Below, piece after piece: positions 34,796-46,098 of a stretch of DNA of 64,000 nucleotides. Within the stretch, counting starts at the first letter, position 1; every line of letters begins with the position of its first letter. Made by a program: the position numbers and the translations under genes. Location: positions 105,489 through 169,488 of the forward strand of contig JBGPIA010000009.1 in the NCBI GenBank assembly GCA_041484665.1. Reading direction: 5' to 3'. This stretch comes from Candidatus Krumholzibacteriia bacterium (lineage in GTDB: Bacteria > Krumholzibacteriota > Krumholzibacteriia > JAJRXK01). The notes under the pieces were generated by a model. That model had not been told where the DNA came from, did not search any database, and worked only from the letters and a program-made list of their open reading frames with translations.

Positions 34796-36731
34796 AGACC
34801 CGCGCGATGAGGGCGTCTCGCCTGTGGACGACCGCCCCGACCTGCTGCGGCTCGCGCAAGACATCACCGACGAACGCCCGATCGACTGGGAGTCCGAGAC
34901 ACCCCGCCTGGGGGATCTCGCCTCCACCGGACAGCGCCTGCGCGACCTCCAGCGCGTGGCACAGGCCTACCGCAAGCCATGGGCGGGGGACTCCCCCGCG
35001 GCGGCCGAGCCGGCGCCGGCGGCGCGCACCGTGCTATTCACGTGGGGTCCGCTGCAGGTGCTCGAGCAGCTCGGCGTTGGCAGCTTTGGCGAAGTGTACC
35101 GGGCGTTCGATCCCACGCTGCAGCGCGAGGTCGCTCTCAAGCTGCGGCGGACCGGCGGCGAGCGCTTTGGCACGGGCGCTCGGCGGTTCATCGACGAAGC
35201 GCGCCGCCTCGCGCGCGTGCGCGATCCCCACGTGCTCTTCGTCCACGGCGCCGACGTGCACGAAGGGCGCGTGGGCATCTGGACCGACCTGGTCGACGGC
35301 AAGACGCTGGAGGAGTGGATTGCAGCGCACGGCGTCATGGGCGCACAGGAAGCCGCCGTCGTGGGGCTGGGCCTCTGCCGCGCGCTGGCCGCGGTCCACG
35401 CCGCCGGCCTGGTGCACGGCGACCTGAAGGCGCAGAACGTCATGCGCGAGCGCGGCGGCCGGATCATCCTGATGGACTTCGGCTCGGTCAGCGACCTGCC
35501 GCGCGGCGCGTCCGAGGCGCCGGAAGCGGCCGGGATCGTCGATCCGCTGATCTTCGGCACGCCGCTCACCATGGCGCCCGAGGTGCTCGCCGGCGAGCGA
35601 CCCAGCGCCGCGTCGGATCTCTACGCACTGGGCGTGCTGCTGTACCGTTTGGTGAGCGGGCGCTATCCCGTGAGCGCGACCACGCAGGACGAGCTGAGCG
35701 CGTTGCACGCGCGCGGGGAATCCACCCCGCTGCGGGACGTCCGAGCGGATCTTCCGGCGGCGTTCGTGCAGGTGGTGCAGCGCGCGCTGTCCCGGGATCC
35801 GCAAGCGCGCTTCGCGAGCGCGGGTGCGATGGAGGCCGCGCTGGCCCAGGCGCTCCCACCCGCCGCGGCCGTCGCAGCCAGCGCGGCCGCGGGCCTGACG
35901 GCTGGCGCGGCTGCGCTCGTGGACGGTACCGGGCGTACCCCCGCTCGTCGCGCCACCCCCCGCTCGCAGCGCTGGGTGTGGGCCACTGCGGTTGCCGCGG
36001 TGGCGCTGGCGGCCGTCGCGGTTCCCCTGGAGGTCCGGCGCTCCGGCCGTTCCTCCGCTCCGCCCACCCCGGCTCCCCTGCCAAGCGCGGGCGGGCGGCC
36101 GCTCGCCACCGCCCCGCCGGTCGCCGGACCCGGTTCGAGCGGTGCTCCCGATGCCGCGACGTTGCCCGCCAGTGCGACCTTCTACCGCGTACGCGATGGG
36201 GCGCGCGAGACGCTCCTGGCCGGGAGCTGGATCGCCCCCGGCGATCACCTGTTCCTGGAGCTGCAGCCGCAGGAGCCGCTCCACGTGTACGTCATCAACG
36301 AGGACGAGCACGGCGAGCTCTTCGTGCTCTTCCCGGTTGCAGGACTCTCGCCGGCCAACCCACTCGCAGCCGGAGTGAAGCATCGTCTGCCCGGGCACCG
36401 CGGCGAGGTGGCGCAGGACTGGCAGGTCTCCAGCGCGGGCGGAACGGAGTCGTTCCTGCTGGTGGCCGCCCGCGCGCCTGTGCCGCTGCTGGAGGACGAG
36501 ATCCGGCGCCAGCAGAGCGCCGACCCCGCGCGCCCCGTCGTCTACGCGTCGCTCAACCTGCAGGCGTTGCGTAACACCCGTGGCGTTGGAACGCTCGTCG
36601 ACGCCGCAGCGGACTCGCTGTCCCACAGCCGCAGCCGCATCCAGCAGCTCGTCGATCTGCTGTCGGCCGGCGCCAGTGCACAGGACGGCGTCTGGGTGCG
36701 CATGCTAGAGGTCAACAACCCGGGCTCGTGA
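34782..36731 (+). CDS. Membrane Hanks-type Ser/Thr protein kinase with a C-terminal extracytoplasmic (DUF4384-like) domain
   Basis: LGVGSFGEVY, VALK, HGDLKAQN, DFG, MAPE, DLYALG; TM segment WVWATAVAAVALAAVAV. Confidence 0.9.
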   Translation: MTWTRDPRDEGVSPVDDRPDLLRLAQDITDERPIDWESETPRLGDLASTGQRLRDLQRVAQAYRKPWAGDSPAAAEPAPAARTVLFTWGPLQVLEQLGVGSFGEVYRAFDPTLQREVALKLRRTGGERFGTGARRFIDEARRLARVRDPHVLFVHGADVHEGRVGIWTDLVDGKTLEEWIAAHGVMGAQEAAVVGLGLCRALAAVHAAGLVHGDLKAQNVMRERGGRIILMDFGSVSDLPRGASEAPEAAGIVDPLIFGTPLTMAPEVLAGERPSAASDLYALGVLLYRLVSGRYPVSATTQDELSALHARGESTPLRDVRADLPAAFVQVVQRALSRDPQARFASAGAMEAALAQALPPAAAVAASAAAGLTAGAAALVDGTGRTPARRATPRSQRWVWATAVAAVALAAVAVPLEVRRSGRSSAPPTPAPLPSAGGRPLATAPPVAGPGSSGAPDAATLPASATFYRVRDGARETLLAGSWIAPGDHLFLELQPQEPLHVYVINEDEHGELFVLFPVAGLSPANPLAAGVKHRLPGHRGEVAQDWQVSSAGGTESFLLVAARAPVPLLEDEIRRQQSADPARPVVYASLNLQALRNTRGVGTLVDAAADSLSHSRSRIQQLVDLLSAGASAQDGVWVRMLEVNNPGS

Positions 36732-36791
36732 GCGACGCTACCAGGGGCGCGACCGTGGCCCCGCGCGATCCGCCTCGCAGGGACCCGTCCC

Positions 36792-36820
36792 TTGCCGGGC
36801 CCGGGGGGGCTTCCTATACT
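36792..36820 (+). promoter_or_regulatory. Sigma70-type promoter of rpoZ-coaBC
   Basis: TTGCCG-N17-TATACT, followed by an AGGAGG RBS. Confidence 0.6.
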
Positions 36821-36852
36821 AGCCCATTGCCCTTGGCAACCCAGGAGGCTCC

Positions 36853-37134
36853 ATGACCTACATCCCCGTCGACCAGATCCTGCGCAGGATCCCCAACAAG
36901 TTCGAGGCGATCCGAGTCGCGGCCCTGGAGTGCCGTCGCCTCAACGACCGCTACCAGGCCATGCAGGATCCCCCCGAGCGCAAGATCACGACGCTGGCAG
37001 TGGAGCGCCTCATCGACGGGCGCATCGACTACTACGACTCCCGCGAGCGGCGCGAGCAGGAGCGCTCGGAGGCCATGCTGGCCGCGGCAGAGGGCGGTCT
37101 CGAGACCCTGTTCGCGGACACCACCGAGGGCTGA
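36853..37134 (+). CDS. rpoZ: RNA polymerase omega subunit
   Basis: IPNKFEAIRVAA..CRRLN, K.TTLAV.RL; gmk...coaBC synteny. Confidence 0.85.
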   Translation: MTYIPVDQILRRIPNKFEAIRVAALECRRLNDRYQAMQDPPERKITTLAVERLIDGRIDYYDSRERREQERSEAMLAAAEGGLETLFADTTEG

Positions 37135-37143
37135 GGAGGGCCG

Positions 37144-38514
37144 ATGCCGGCCTTTCCGACCCGATCCGTCGGCATGGACGCGACCCCGCCGGACCCCGGC
37201 CGGGGTCGTTCCATTCTGTTGCTGGTCACCGGCGGCATCGCTGCCTACAAGGCCTGCTTCCTCGTCCGGCTGCTCACCGAGGCCGGGTGCGCCGTGCGCG
37301 TCGCGATGACGCGCGCGGCCACGCGCTTCGTCACTCCGCTCACCTTCGAGGCGCTCTCCGGCCAGCCCGTGGGCGAGAGCCTCTGGGGCGAAGGCGGAGA
37401 GCGGCCGCTGGATCACATCCAGTGGGCGCGCGCGGCCGACCTGATGCTGGTCGCACCCGCCACCGCGAACTTCCTGGCGAAGATGGCCCACGGGCTGGCC
37501 AACGACCTCCCCAGCACGCTGGTTTCCGCCGCCAGCAGCCCCGTGATCGTCGCGCCCGCCATGAACGACCATATGTGGGCGAGCGCGGCCAACCAGGAGA
37601 ACCTCCAGACTCTACGCCAGCGCGGCGTGCAGGTGATCGAGCCCGGGACGGGCTGGCTGGCGTGCGGCACGGTGGCTGAAGGCCGGCTGGCCGAGCCGGA
37701 GGCGATCGTTGCCGAGGTGCTGGCGCGGCTTGTGCCGGGTCCGCTGGCGGGCACGAAGGTGCTGGTGACCGCCGGGCCCACGTACGAGCCCATCGACGCG
37801 GTGCGCTTCATCGGCAACCGCAGCAGCGGCCGCATGGGGATCGCCCTGGCCGATGTCGCGCGCGAGCTGGGCGCCGACGTGACCCTGCTCTTGGGTCCGA
37901 CCGAGGTGCCACCGCCCGCGGGGGTGCGCGTCGAGCGCTTCGCAACCGCGTCCGAGCTCGCCGCGCTCGTGCGCCAGCACGCGCCGCAGGCCGACGCGAT
38001 CGCCATGGCGGCCGCCGTCGCCGATTTCCGGCCAGCGCAGGCGCGCGCCGGCAAGATGAAGAAGGACGCGGGGCCACCTGCGATCGAGCTGACGCCCACC
38101 GAGGACGTGCTCGCGTCGCTGGGCAGGGCCAAGCCCGCGGGGCAGTTCCTGATCGGCTTCGTGCTGGAGACGGGCGACGACACTGCGGTCGAGGAGCAGA
38201 CGCGGCGCAAGCTCGCCCGCAAGAACCTCGACCTCGCCTGCGGCAACCACGCCGGGCGGCCGGGCGAGGGCTTCGGCAGCGACACCAACCGCATGTACCT
38301 GTGGGGCCGCGACGAGCGCGGGAGCTGGGTCGGACCTGCCGGCAAGCGCGAGGTGGCGTCGGCGATCTGGAGGCGGGCGCTGCACGTCGCAGCAGCACCC
38401 GAGGTCACGGGCGCCGCGGACCCCACGGACGCCGGCCACGAGGACCGGGGCAGCGACGGCGCGCGCCACGCCGTCCCACCACGCGCCGGCCGCTCGCGCG
38501 AGACCGCCTCCTGA
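37144..38514 (+). CDS. coaBC: Phosphopantothenoylcysteine decarboxylase/synthetase
   Basis: TGGIAAYK, APATAN, PAMN..MW, LACG..G, TAGPT.E.IDAVRFI.NRSSG.MG, AAVADF. Confidence 0.96.
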   Translation: MPAFPTRSVGMDATPPDPGRGRSILLLVTGGIAAYKACFLVRLLTEAGCAVRVAMTRAATRFVTPLTFEALSGQPVGESLWGEGGERPLDHIQWARAADLMLVAPATANFLAKMAHGLANDLPSTLVSAASSPVIVAPAMNDHMWASAANQENLQTLRQRGVQVIEPGTGWLACGTVAEGRLAEPEAIVAEVLARLVPGPLAGTKVLVTAGPTYEPIDAVRFIGNRSSGRMGIALADVARELGADVTLLLGPTEVPPPAGVRVERFATASELAALVRQHAPQADAIAMAAAVADFRPAQARAGKMKKDAGPPAIELTPTEDVLASLGRAKPAGQFLIGFVLETGDDTAVEEQTRRKLARKNLDLACGNHAGRPGEGFGSDTNRMYLWGRDERGSWVGPAGKREVASAIWRRALHVAAAPEVTGAADPTDAGHEDRGSDGARHAVPPRAGRSRETAS

Positions 38515-38525
38515 GGCGCAACGCC

Positions 38526-39359
38526 ATGGCCCGCGATCTGGAGCCGATCGTCGCGGATCTGCGCCGCTACCTTGCCCAGGCCGCAGCGCGGGGGATGCAG
38601 CGTCACTATCTCGACGAGGAGAGCATCGGCCGGGCACGCGAGCGCGCACGCGAGCAAACCGGCGAGCGGGCGGGCGGGCGGGCGCTGAGGGCCGGCGCAG
38701 CACGCTCGAACCGGCCTGACAACGCCACACTCCCCGGCGCGGACCCCAACGCAGCACCCGATCAGACCAGGGCGCGCAAGGCCCAACTGCTGGCCGAGCT
38801 CGATTGCGCGCAGGTGCGCGACTGCAAGCAATGCAAGCTCTGGAAGAGTCGAACGCAGACCGTGTTCGGGGTCGGCAACCCCGACGCGGATCTCGTGTTC
38901 GTGGGGGAGGCGCCCGGGCGCGACGAGGACCTGCAGGGCGAGCCATTCGTGGGAGTGGCGGGGCAGCTGTTGACGAAGATCCTCGGCGCGATCGGCTTTG
39001 CGCGCGAGGACGTCTATATCTGCAATGTCCTCAAGTGCCGGCCGCCCAACAACCGCGATCCGCAGCCCGACGAGGTGGAGGCCTGCGAGCCGTACCTGCT
39101 GCAGCAGCTCTCCATCATCCAGCCCAAGGTGATCTGCGCCCTAGGGCGCCACGCGGCCTACTCGCTGCTGGGCACGACCGAGTCGCTGGCCCGCCTGCGC
39201 ACCCGCGTCCACGACTACCACGGGATCCCCCTCGTGGTGACCTACCACCCAGCGGCGCTGCTGCGCAACCCACAGTGGAAGCGTCCGACCTGGGAGGACG
39301 TGCAGAAGCTGCGGACACTGCACGATCGCCTGGTGGAGGAAGCCCGGGGCGAGCCCTGA
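38526..39359 (+). CDS. Family 4 uracil-DNA glycosylase (Fe-S)
   Basis: [32 protein letters not shown]. Confidence 0.93.
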   Translation: MARDLEPIVADLRRYLAQAAARGMQRHYLDEESIGRARERAREQTGERAGGRALRAGAARSNRPDNATLPGADPNAAPDQTRARKAQLLAELDCAQVRDCKQCKLWKSRTQTVFGVGNPDADLVFVGEAPGRDEDLQGEPFVGVAGQLLTKILGAIGFAREDVYICNVLKCRPPNNRDPQPDEVEACEPYLLQQLSIIQPKVICALGRHAAYSLLGTTESLARLRTRVHDYHGIPLVVTYHPAALLRNPQWKRPTWEDVQKLRTLHDRLVEEARGEP

Positions 39360-39618
39360 TCGGCCGGCTCACGTCCTTTTGGCGGCGCAGTCGCGGCCGC
39401 TTGTCGACACCCATCCCCCGTCCTCCCCCGGGTTGTCCCCCGGGTTCTCCCCAATCCTGTCCCCGGGCCGTTTGCGCAGGGGGCCTTGCGCGGGTTGCGT
39501 GTGCGGCGGGCGTTGGGCTATTTTCGGCAGCCATCGACGGGCCAGCGCCCAGCCAGCCGACGCTCCCGGGCCCGCCGCCGCAACCAAAGGCAGCCTCCGC
39601 AGGAGCCGGGTCGCGCCA

Positions 39619-41013
39619 ATGAGCCAGCCTGACATCCCCTCGTCCGCTCTCACCAATTTGTTGCCCAAGGACCGCGTGCCGCCCCAATCGCTGGAGGCCG
39701 AGCGCGCCGTCCTCTCCGCCTGCGTGCGCAGCGCCGAGGCGCTGGCCGATTCGATGCAGTTCCTCAAACCGGTGGACTTCTACTCGCCGCGTCATGGTGA
39801 CGTGTACGCCGCGCTGCTGGCGTTGGCCGAGCGCAACGAGCCGGCCGACCTGGTGACGCTCGCCAACGAGCTCGACCGCCGCGGCGTGCTGGAGAAGATG
39901 GGCGGGCCGGGCGAGCTCGACGCGATCCTGGAGGTGGGCGTCAGCCCCGCCAACATCGCCTACCACGCGCGCATCGTGCAGGAGCGGTCGATGCTGCGCC
40001 GGATCATCAACATCACCAACATCGTGTCGCGCGACGCGTTCGAGGCGAGCACGCCGCCCCAGAACCTGCTGGATGCCGCGCAGAACGAGCTGTTCCAATT
40101 GGCGCGCGAGGCCGAGCAGCGCAGCTTCGCCGCGCTGAAAGACCTCGCGAACCTGACTTTCCAGCACATCCAAGAGGCCTACGAGCGCGGCGGCGAGATC
40201 ACCGGCGTGTCCACGGGATTCAGCGACCTGGACCGGTACACCGGCGGACTGCAGCCGTCGGACCTGATCATCCTGGCCGGGCGCCCGTCCATGGGCAAGA
40301 CGGCGCTGGCGCTCAACATCGCCTTCAGCGCCGCGCACCGCGAGCAGATCCCGGTGGGCATCTTCAGCCTCGAGATGAGCAGCGAGCAGCTGGTCACGCG
40401 CCTGATCTCCATGGAGAGCGGCTTCGACAGCCACAGCATCCGCACCGGGAAGCTCAAGCCCTCAGACTGGCCGCGCCTGACCCAGGCGCTGGGCGAGATC
40501 ACGCGCACGCCCATCTACATCGACGACACCTCGGCCATCCCCGTGCTCGAGCTGCGCAGCAAAGCGCGGCGCATGGTTGCGGCCCACGGCGTGAAGCTGA
40601 TCATCGTGGACTACCTCCAGCTGATCGCCACCACGACGCGCTCCGAGAACCGCCAGCAGGAGATCTCGCTGATCAGCCGCTCGCTGAAGGCCCTGGCCAA
40701 GGACCTCGGCGTGCCGGTGCTGGCGCTCTCCCAGCTGTCGCGCGCCGTCGAGTCGCGCGGAGGCGACCACCGCCCCGTGCTCTCCGACCTGCGCGAGTCC
40801 GGGGCCATCGAGCAGGACGCTGACGTCGTGATGTTCGTCTTCCGTCCGGAGGTCTACGACCAAGAGAACGAGGACGTGAAAAACCTGGCCGAGCTGATCA
40901 TCGGCAAGCAGCGCAACGGGCCCATCGGCACGGTGACGCTGCACTTCGACCGGCGATTCACCAAGTTCCACAACCTCGCGCAAGGGCAGAGGGCGGCGGT
41001 TGGGGGAGCCTAG
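39619..41013 (+). CDS. dnaB: Replicative DNA helicase
   Basis: PPQSLEAE, AGRPSMGKT, FSLEM, DYLQL, SQLSR, DLRESGAIEQDAD, KQRNGP. Confidence 0.97.
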   Translation: MSQPDIPSSALTNLLPKDRVPPQSLEAERAVLSACVRSAEALADSMQFLKPVDFYSPRHGDVYAALLALAERNEPADLVTLANELDRRGVLEKMGGPGELDAILEVGVSPANIAYHARIVQERSMLRRIINITNIVSRDAFEASTPPQNLLDAAQNELFQLAREAEQRSFAALKDLANLTFQHIQEAYERGGEITGVSTGFSDLDRYTGGLQPSDLIILAGRPSMGKTALALNIAFSAAHREQIPVGIFSLEMSSEQLVTRLISMESGFDSHSIRTGKLKPSDWPRLTQALGEITRTPIYIDDTSAIPVLELRSKARRMVAAHGVKLIIVDYLQLIATTTRSENRQQEISLISRSLKALAKDLGVPVLALSQLSRAVESRGGDHRPVLSDLRESGAIEQDADVVMFVFRPEVYDQENEDVKNLAELIIGKQRNGPIGTVTLHFDRRFTKFHNLAQGQRAAVGGA

Positions 41014-41253
41014 GATCGCCGCGCACACCGCGCCTGACCGGCGGCCGGCGCCGCCGTCCTTGGGGATGCCCGCCCTTACGGTTTCTTGACTCCTGGCCGG
41101 CGGCTCTTTCCGCCGTCTTGACGCGACCTCCACTAGATTGGTGCGCGGGCGCCTGGCATGCCTCGCGCAGGCCGGGCGTCTGATCCGCAAGCTCTCGCGA
41201 CGCGACGACTGCTTCCGCGCTGCGGTGGCCGCTCCCGGCGCGCGCGAGCCACA

Positions 41254-41320
41254 CCCGCCACCGCGGGAAGGCGATGCCGCCTCCCGCCACCGCGGGAAGG
41301 CGATGCCGCCTCCCGCCACC
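41254..41320 (+). repeat. 29-bp perfect tandem repeat (cccgccaccgcgggaaggcgatgccgcct), 2.3 copies, in the kdp leader
   Basis: Copies start at 41254, 41283 and 41312 with no spacer between them. Confidence 0.9.
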
Positions 41321-41360
41321 CGTGCGCGCGGTCTCGACCTCTCGACCCGAGGTGGATGCG

Positions 41361-41444
41361 ATGAAGGATCTCCTGTTCGTGGCGATTACCGTGGCTTTCT
41401 TCCTGCTGTCCTGGCTGTACGTCAAGGCCTGCGAGCGACTGTAG
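41361..41444 (+). CDS. 27-aa hydrophobic peptide upstream of kdpF (MKDLLFVAITVAFFLLSWLYVKACERL)
   Basis: GAGGTGG RBS, single TM helix, stop codon overlaps the kdpF RBS; too short for the ORF track. Confidence 0.75.
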   Translation: MKDLLFVAITVAFFLLSWLYVKACERL

Positions 41445-41452
41445 GAGGCGAG

Positions 41453-41542
41453 ATGGGTTTCGAATACGTCACCGGCCTGCTGCTCGCATTGCTTCTGCTG
41501 GCCTACCTGGTCTATGCGCTGCTGCGACCGGAGCGTTTCTAG
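41453..41542 (+). CDS. kdpF: K+-transporting ATPase subunit F
   Basis: MGFEYVTGLLLALLLLAYLVYALLRPERF; YL.YALL.PERF signature; AGGAGG RBS. Confidence 0.9.
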   Translation: MGFEYVTGLLLALLLLAYLVYALLRPERF

Positions 41543-41553
41543 GAGGAGGCGCC

Positions 41554-43272
41554 GTGACTGCGAACGGATGGGTCCAGATCTTCGTGTTCTTCGCCGCCGT
41601 GGTGGTGGTGACCAAGCCGCTGGGCGACTTCATGTACCGGGTGCTCGAGGGTGGGAACCACTTCCTGCGCCGCCCGCTCGGTTGGCTGGAGCGATTGGTC
41701 CTGCGGGCGTGTCGCGTGGACGGTCGCGAGCAGTCCTGGCAGGCGTATGCCCTGGGCCTGCTGGCCTTCAGCGCCTTCACCATGATCGTGACCTACGCGA
41801 TCCAGCGCTTGCAGCACGTGCTGCCGTTCAATCCGCAGGGGCTTCCGCCGGTCGCGGCGGGCTGCGCGTTCAACACCGCCGCCAGCTTCACGACCAACAC
41901 CAATTGGCAGGGCTACGCGGGCGAGACCACCATGAGCTACCTGAGCCAGATGGCGGGGCTCGCCTGGCACAATTTCATATCGGCGGCGGCGGGGATCGCG
42001 GTGGCCGTTGCGCTGGCGCGTGGGCTCACCCGGCGCGGCGAGGGCCAGGGCCCGGGCGCGGTGGGAAACCTGTGGGTCGATCTGACGCGCGCGACGGTCT
42101 ACATCCTGCTGCCGCTGAGCCTCGCGTTCGCGCTGCTCTTCGTCTCCCAGGGAATGATCCAGAATCTCTCGTCGTACCGGGAGGTTGCGACCCTGGAAGG
42201 GGGCAAGCAGGTCATCGCCATGGGTCCGGTGGCTTCGCAGGAGGTGATCAAGCAGCTCGGGACCAACGGCGGTGGTTTCTTCAACGCCAACGCGGCGCAC
42301 CCGTTCGAGAACCCGAACCCGTTGACGAACTTCCTCTCGATGTTCCTCATCTTCGCAATCCCTGCCGGGCTCACCTGGGTGTTCGGTCGCATGGCGAGGG
42401 ATCAGCGCCAGGGCTGGGCGCTGTTCTGTGCGATGGGCCTCTTGTTCTTTGCCGGCGTGATGACGGTGTACTGGGCCGAAACGGGCGGAAACCCCGCAGT
42501 GGGCGCCGCCCACATCGACCAAGGCCTCGGGAACATGGAGGGCAAGGAAGTTCGCTTCGGGGTCGCGTCCTCGGCGCTCTACGCCACCGTGACGACGGAC
42601 GCTTCGTGCGGCGCGGTCAACGCCATGCACGACAGCTTCACGCCGTTGGGGGGGCTGGTGCTGCTGTTCAACATCCAGCTGGGCGAGGTGGTGTTCGGGG
42701 GTGTGGGCGCGGGCCTCTACGGGATCCTGGTGATGGCGATCCTCTCGGTGTTCATCGCCGGCCTGATGGTTGGACGCACGCCCGAGTATCTCGGCAAGAA
42801 GATCGAGACCCGCGAGGTGAAGCTGGCGATGTTGTACGTGCTGATCTTCCCGCTCTTGATCCTGGCGCTCGCCGCCTGGTCGGCCGTTGCGCCCTACGGG
42901 CGGTCGTCTTTGGCCAACGCCGGTCCCCATGGCCTCTCCGAGATCCTCTACGCATTCACCAGCGCGGCGGGCAACAACGGCTCTGCCTTCGCGGGCCTCA
43001 ACGCCAACACCCCGTGGTACAACGTGGCGCTCGGCTTCACGATGCTCGCGGGCCGTTTCTGGATGATGGTGCCGGCCCTGGCCATCGCGGGAACGCTGGC
43101 TGGCAAGAAGTCCGCGCCCCCCGGGGCGGGGACGCTGCCCACGACGGGGCCGCTGTTCGCCGGGCTGCTGGTGGGGGTCATCCTGATCGTGGGCGCCTTG
43201 ACCTTCTTCCCGGCGCTGAGCTTGAGCCCGATCGTCGAGCATTTCCTGGCGCAAGCCGGAAGGGTGTTCTGA
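41554..43272 (+). CDS. kdpA: K+-transporting ATPase subunit A
   Basis: SFTTNTNWQ, KQLGTNGGG, NMEGKEVRFG, GRTPEYLGKK, GNNGSAF. Confidence 0.97.
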   Translation: MTANGWVQIFVFFAAVVVVTKPLGDFMYRVLEGGNHFLRRPLGWLERLVLRACRVDGREQSWQAYALGLLAFSAFTMIVTYAIQRLQHVLPFNPQGLPPVAAGCAFNTAASFTTNTNWQGYAGETTMSYLSQMAGLAWHNFISAAAGIAVAVALARGLTRRGEGQGPGAVGNLWVDLTRATVYILLPLSLAFALLFVSQGMIQNLSSYREVATLEGGKQVIAMGPVASQEVIKQLGTNGGGFFNANAAHPFENPNPLTNFLSMFLIFAIPAGLTWVFGRMARDQRQGWALFCAMGLLFFAGVMTVYWAETGGNPAVGAAHIDQGLGNMEGKEVRFGVASSALYATVTTDASCGAVNAMHDSFTPLGGLVLLFNIQLGEVVFGGVGAGLYGILVMAILSVFIAGLMVGRTPEYLGKKIETREVKLAMLYVLIFPLLILALAAWSAVAPYGRSSLANAGPHGLSEILYAFTSAAGNNGSAFAGLNANTPWYNVALGFTMLAGRFWMMVPALAIAGTLAGKKSAPPGAGTLPTTGPLFAGLLVGVILIVGALTFFPALSLSPIVEHFLAQAGRVF

Positions 43273-43275
43273 GCC

Positions 43276-45327
<2,052 letters not shown>

Positions 45328-45336
45328 GAGGCAGCC

Positions 45337-45930
45337 ATGAGACGTGAGATCGCGATAGCACTGCGCATGACCCTGGCCACGCTGCTGCTCACCGGGCTCC
45401 TCTACCCCCTGCTCGTCACCGGCTTGGCCCAGGTGCTGTTCACGCGGCGGGCGAACGGGAGCCTGGTCGAGCTCGACGGGCGCCCGGTGGGCTCTGAGTG
45501 GATCGGCCAGCGGTTCGACCTCCCGGCCTATTTCCAGGGGCGGCCCTCGGCGGCCGGGACGGATGGCTACGACGCCACGGCGTCTTCTGGATCGAATCTC
45601 GGCCCGACCTCCGCGAAGCTGCGCCAGCGCGTCGTCGCCGACGTCGCGCGGCTCACCTCTGCGAACCCACAAGCGCCGGGACCCGTGCCCGTCGAGCTGG
45701 TGACGGCTTCCGCGAGCGGACTGGATCCACACTTGAGTCCAGTGGCGGCTCTCTGGCAGGTCCCGCGCGTGGCGGCGGCACGGGGTGTATCTGCGCGTGA
45801 TCTCCAGACCCTGGTCCAGGCGCGCACCGAGGCCCGCACCCTCGGATTCCTGGGCGAGCCGCGCGTCAACGTCCTGCTGCTGAACCTGGATCTCGACCGG
45901 CGGTTCGGCCGAGCGGGCAGCACGAAGTGA
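45337..45930 (+). CDS. kdpC: K+-transporting ATPase subunit C
   Basis: ANGSL, IGQ.F..YF.GRPSA, SASGLDPH, GEPRVNVL.LN. Confidence 0.95.
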   Translation: MRREIAIALRMTLATLLLTGLLYPLLVTGLAQVLFTRRANGSLVELDGRPVGSEWIGQRFDLPAYFQGRPSAAGTDGYDATASSGSNLGPTSAKLRQRVVADVARLTSANPQAPGPVPVELVTASASGLDPHLSPVAALWQVPRVAAARGVSARDLQTLVQARTEARTLGFLGEPRVNVLLLNLDLDRRFGRAGSTK

Positions 45931-46098
45931 TGGACTGACCTGGACTGCGAGCCTGCACGCCAGACTCAGTCGCCCGCTCCCGCGGGAACGTGTCGCCAGG
46001 GACTTGGGGGTCGGGTCAACTCGTGGCGGCATTGCCCGTCCCGGCGCTGACTGGCGCGCCGCTCGCGTAGCGCTGGGGCACGTCCTGGAGGAGAGATC

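Noticed and set aside
41154..41169. Sigma54-like TGGCATGCCTCGCGCA in the kdp leader
   Set aside because: Spacing is correct but the -12 element is poor, and KdpE-type regulators work with sigma70
41254..41320. 29-bp repeat as a possible CRISPR array
   Set aside because: The units are contiguous with no spacers and no cas genes are present
41014..41360. c-di-AMP (ydaO) riboswitch upstream of kdp
   Set aside because: I could not find the conserved aptamer motifs; a kdpDE pair and direct repeats explain the regulation; Rfam cmscan would settle it
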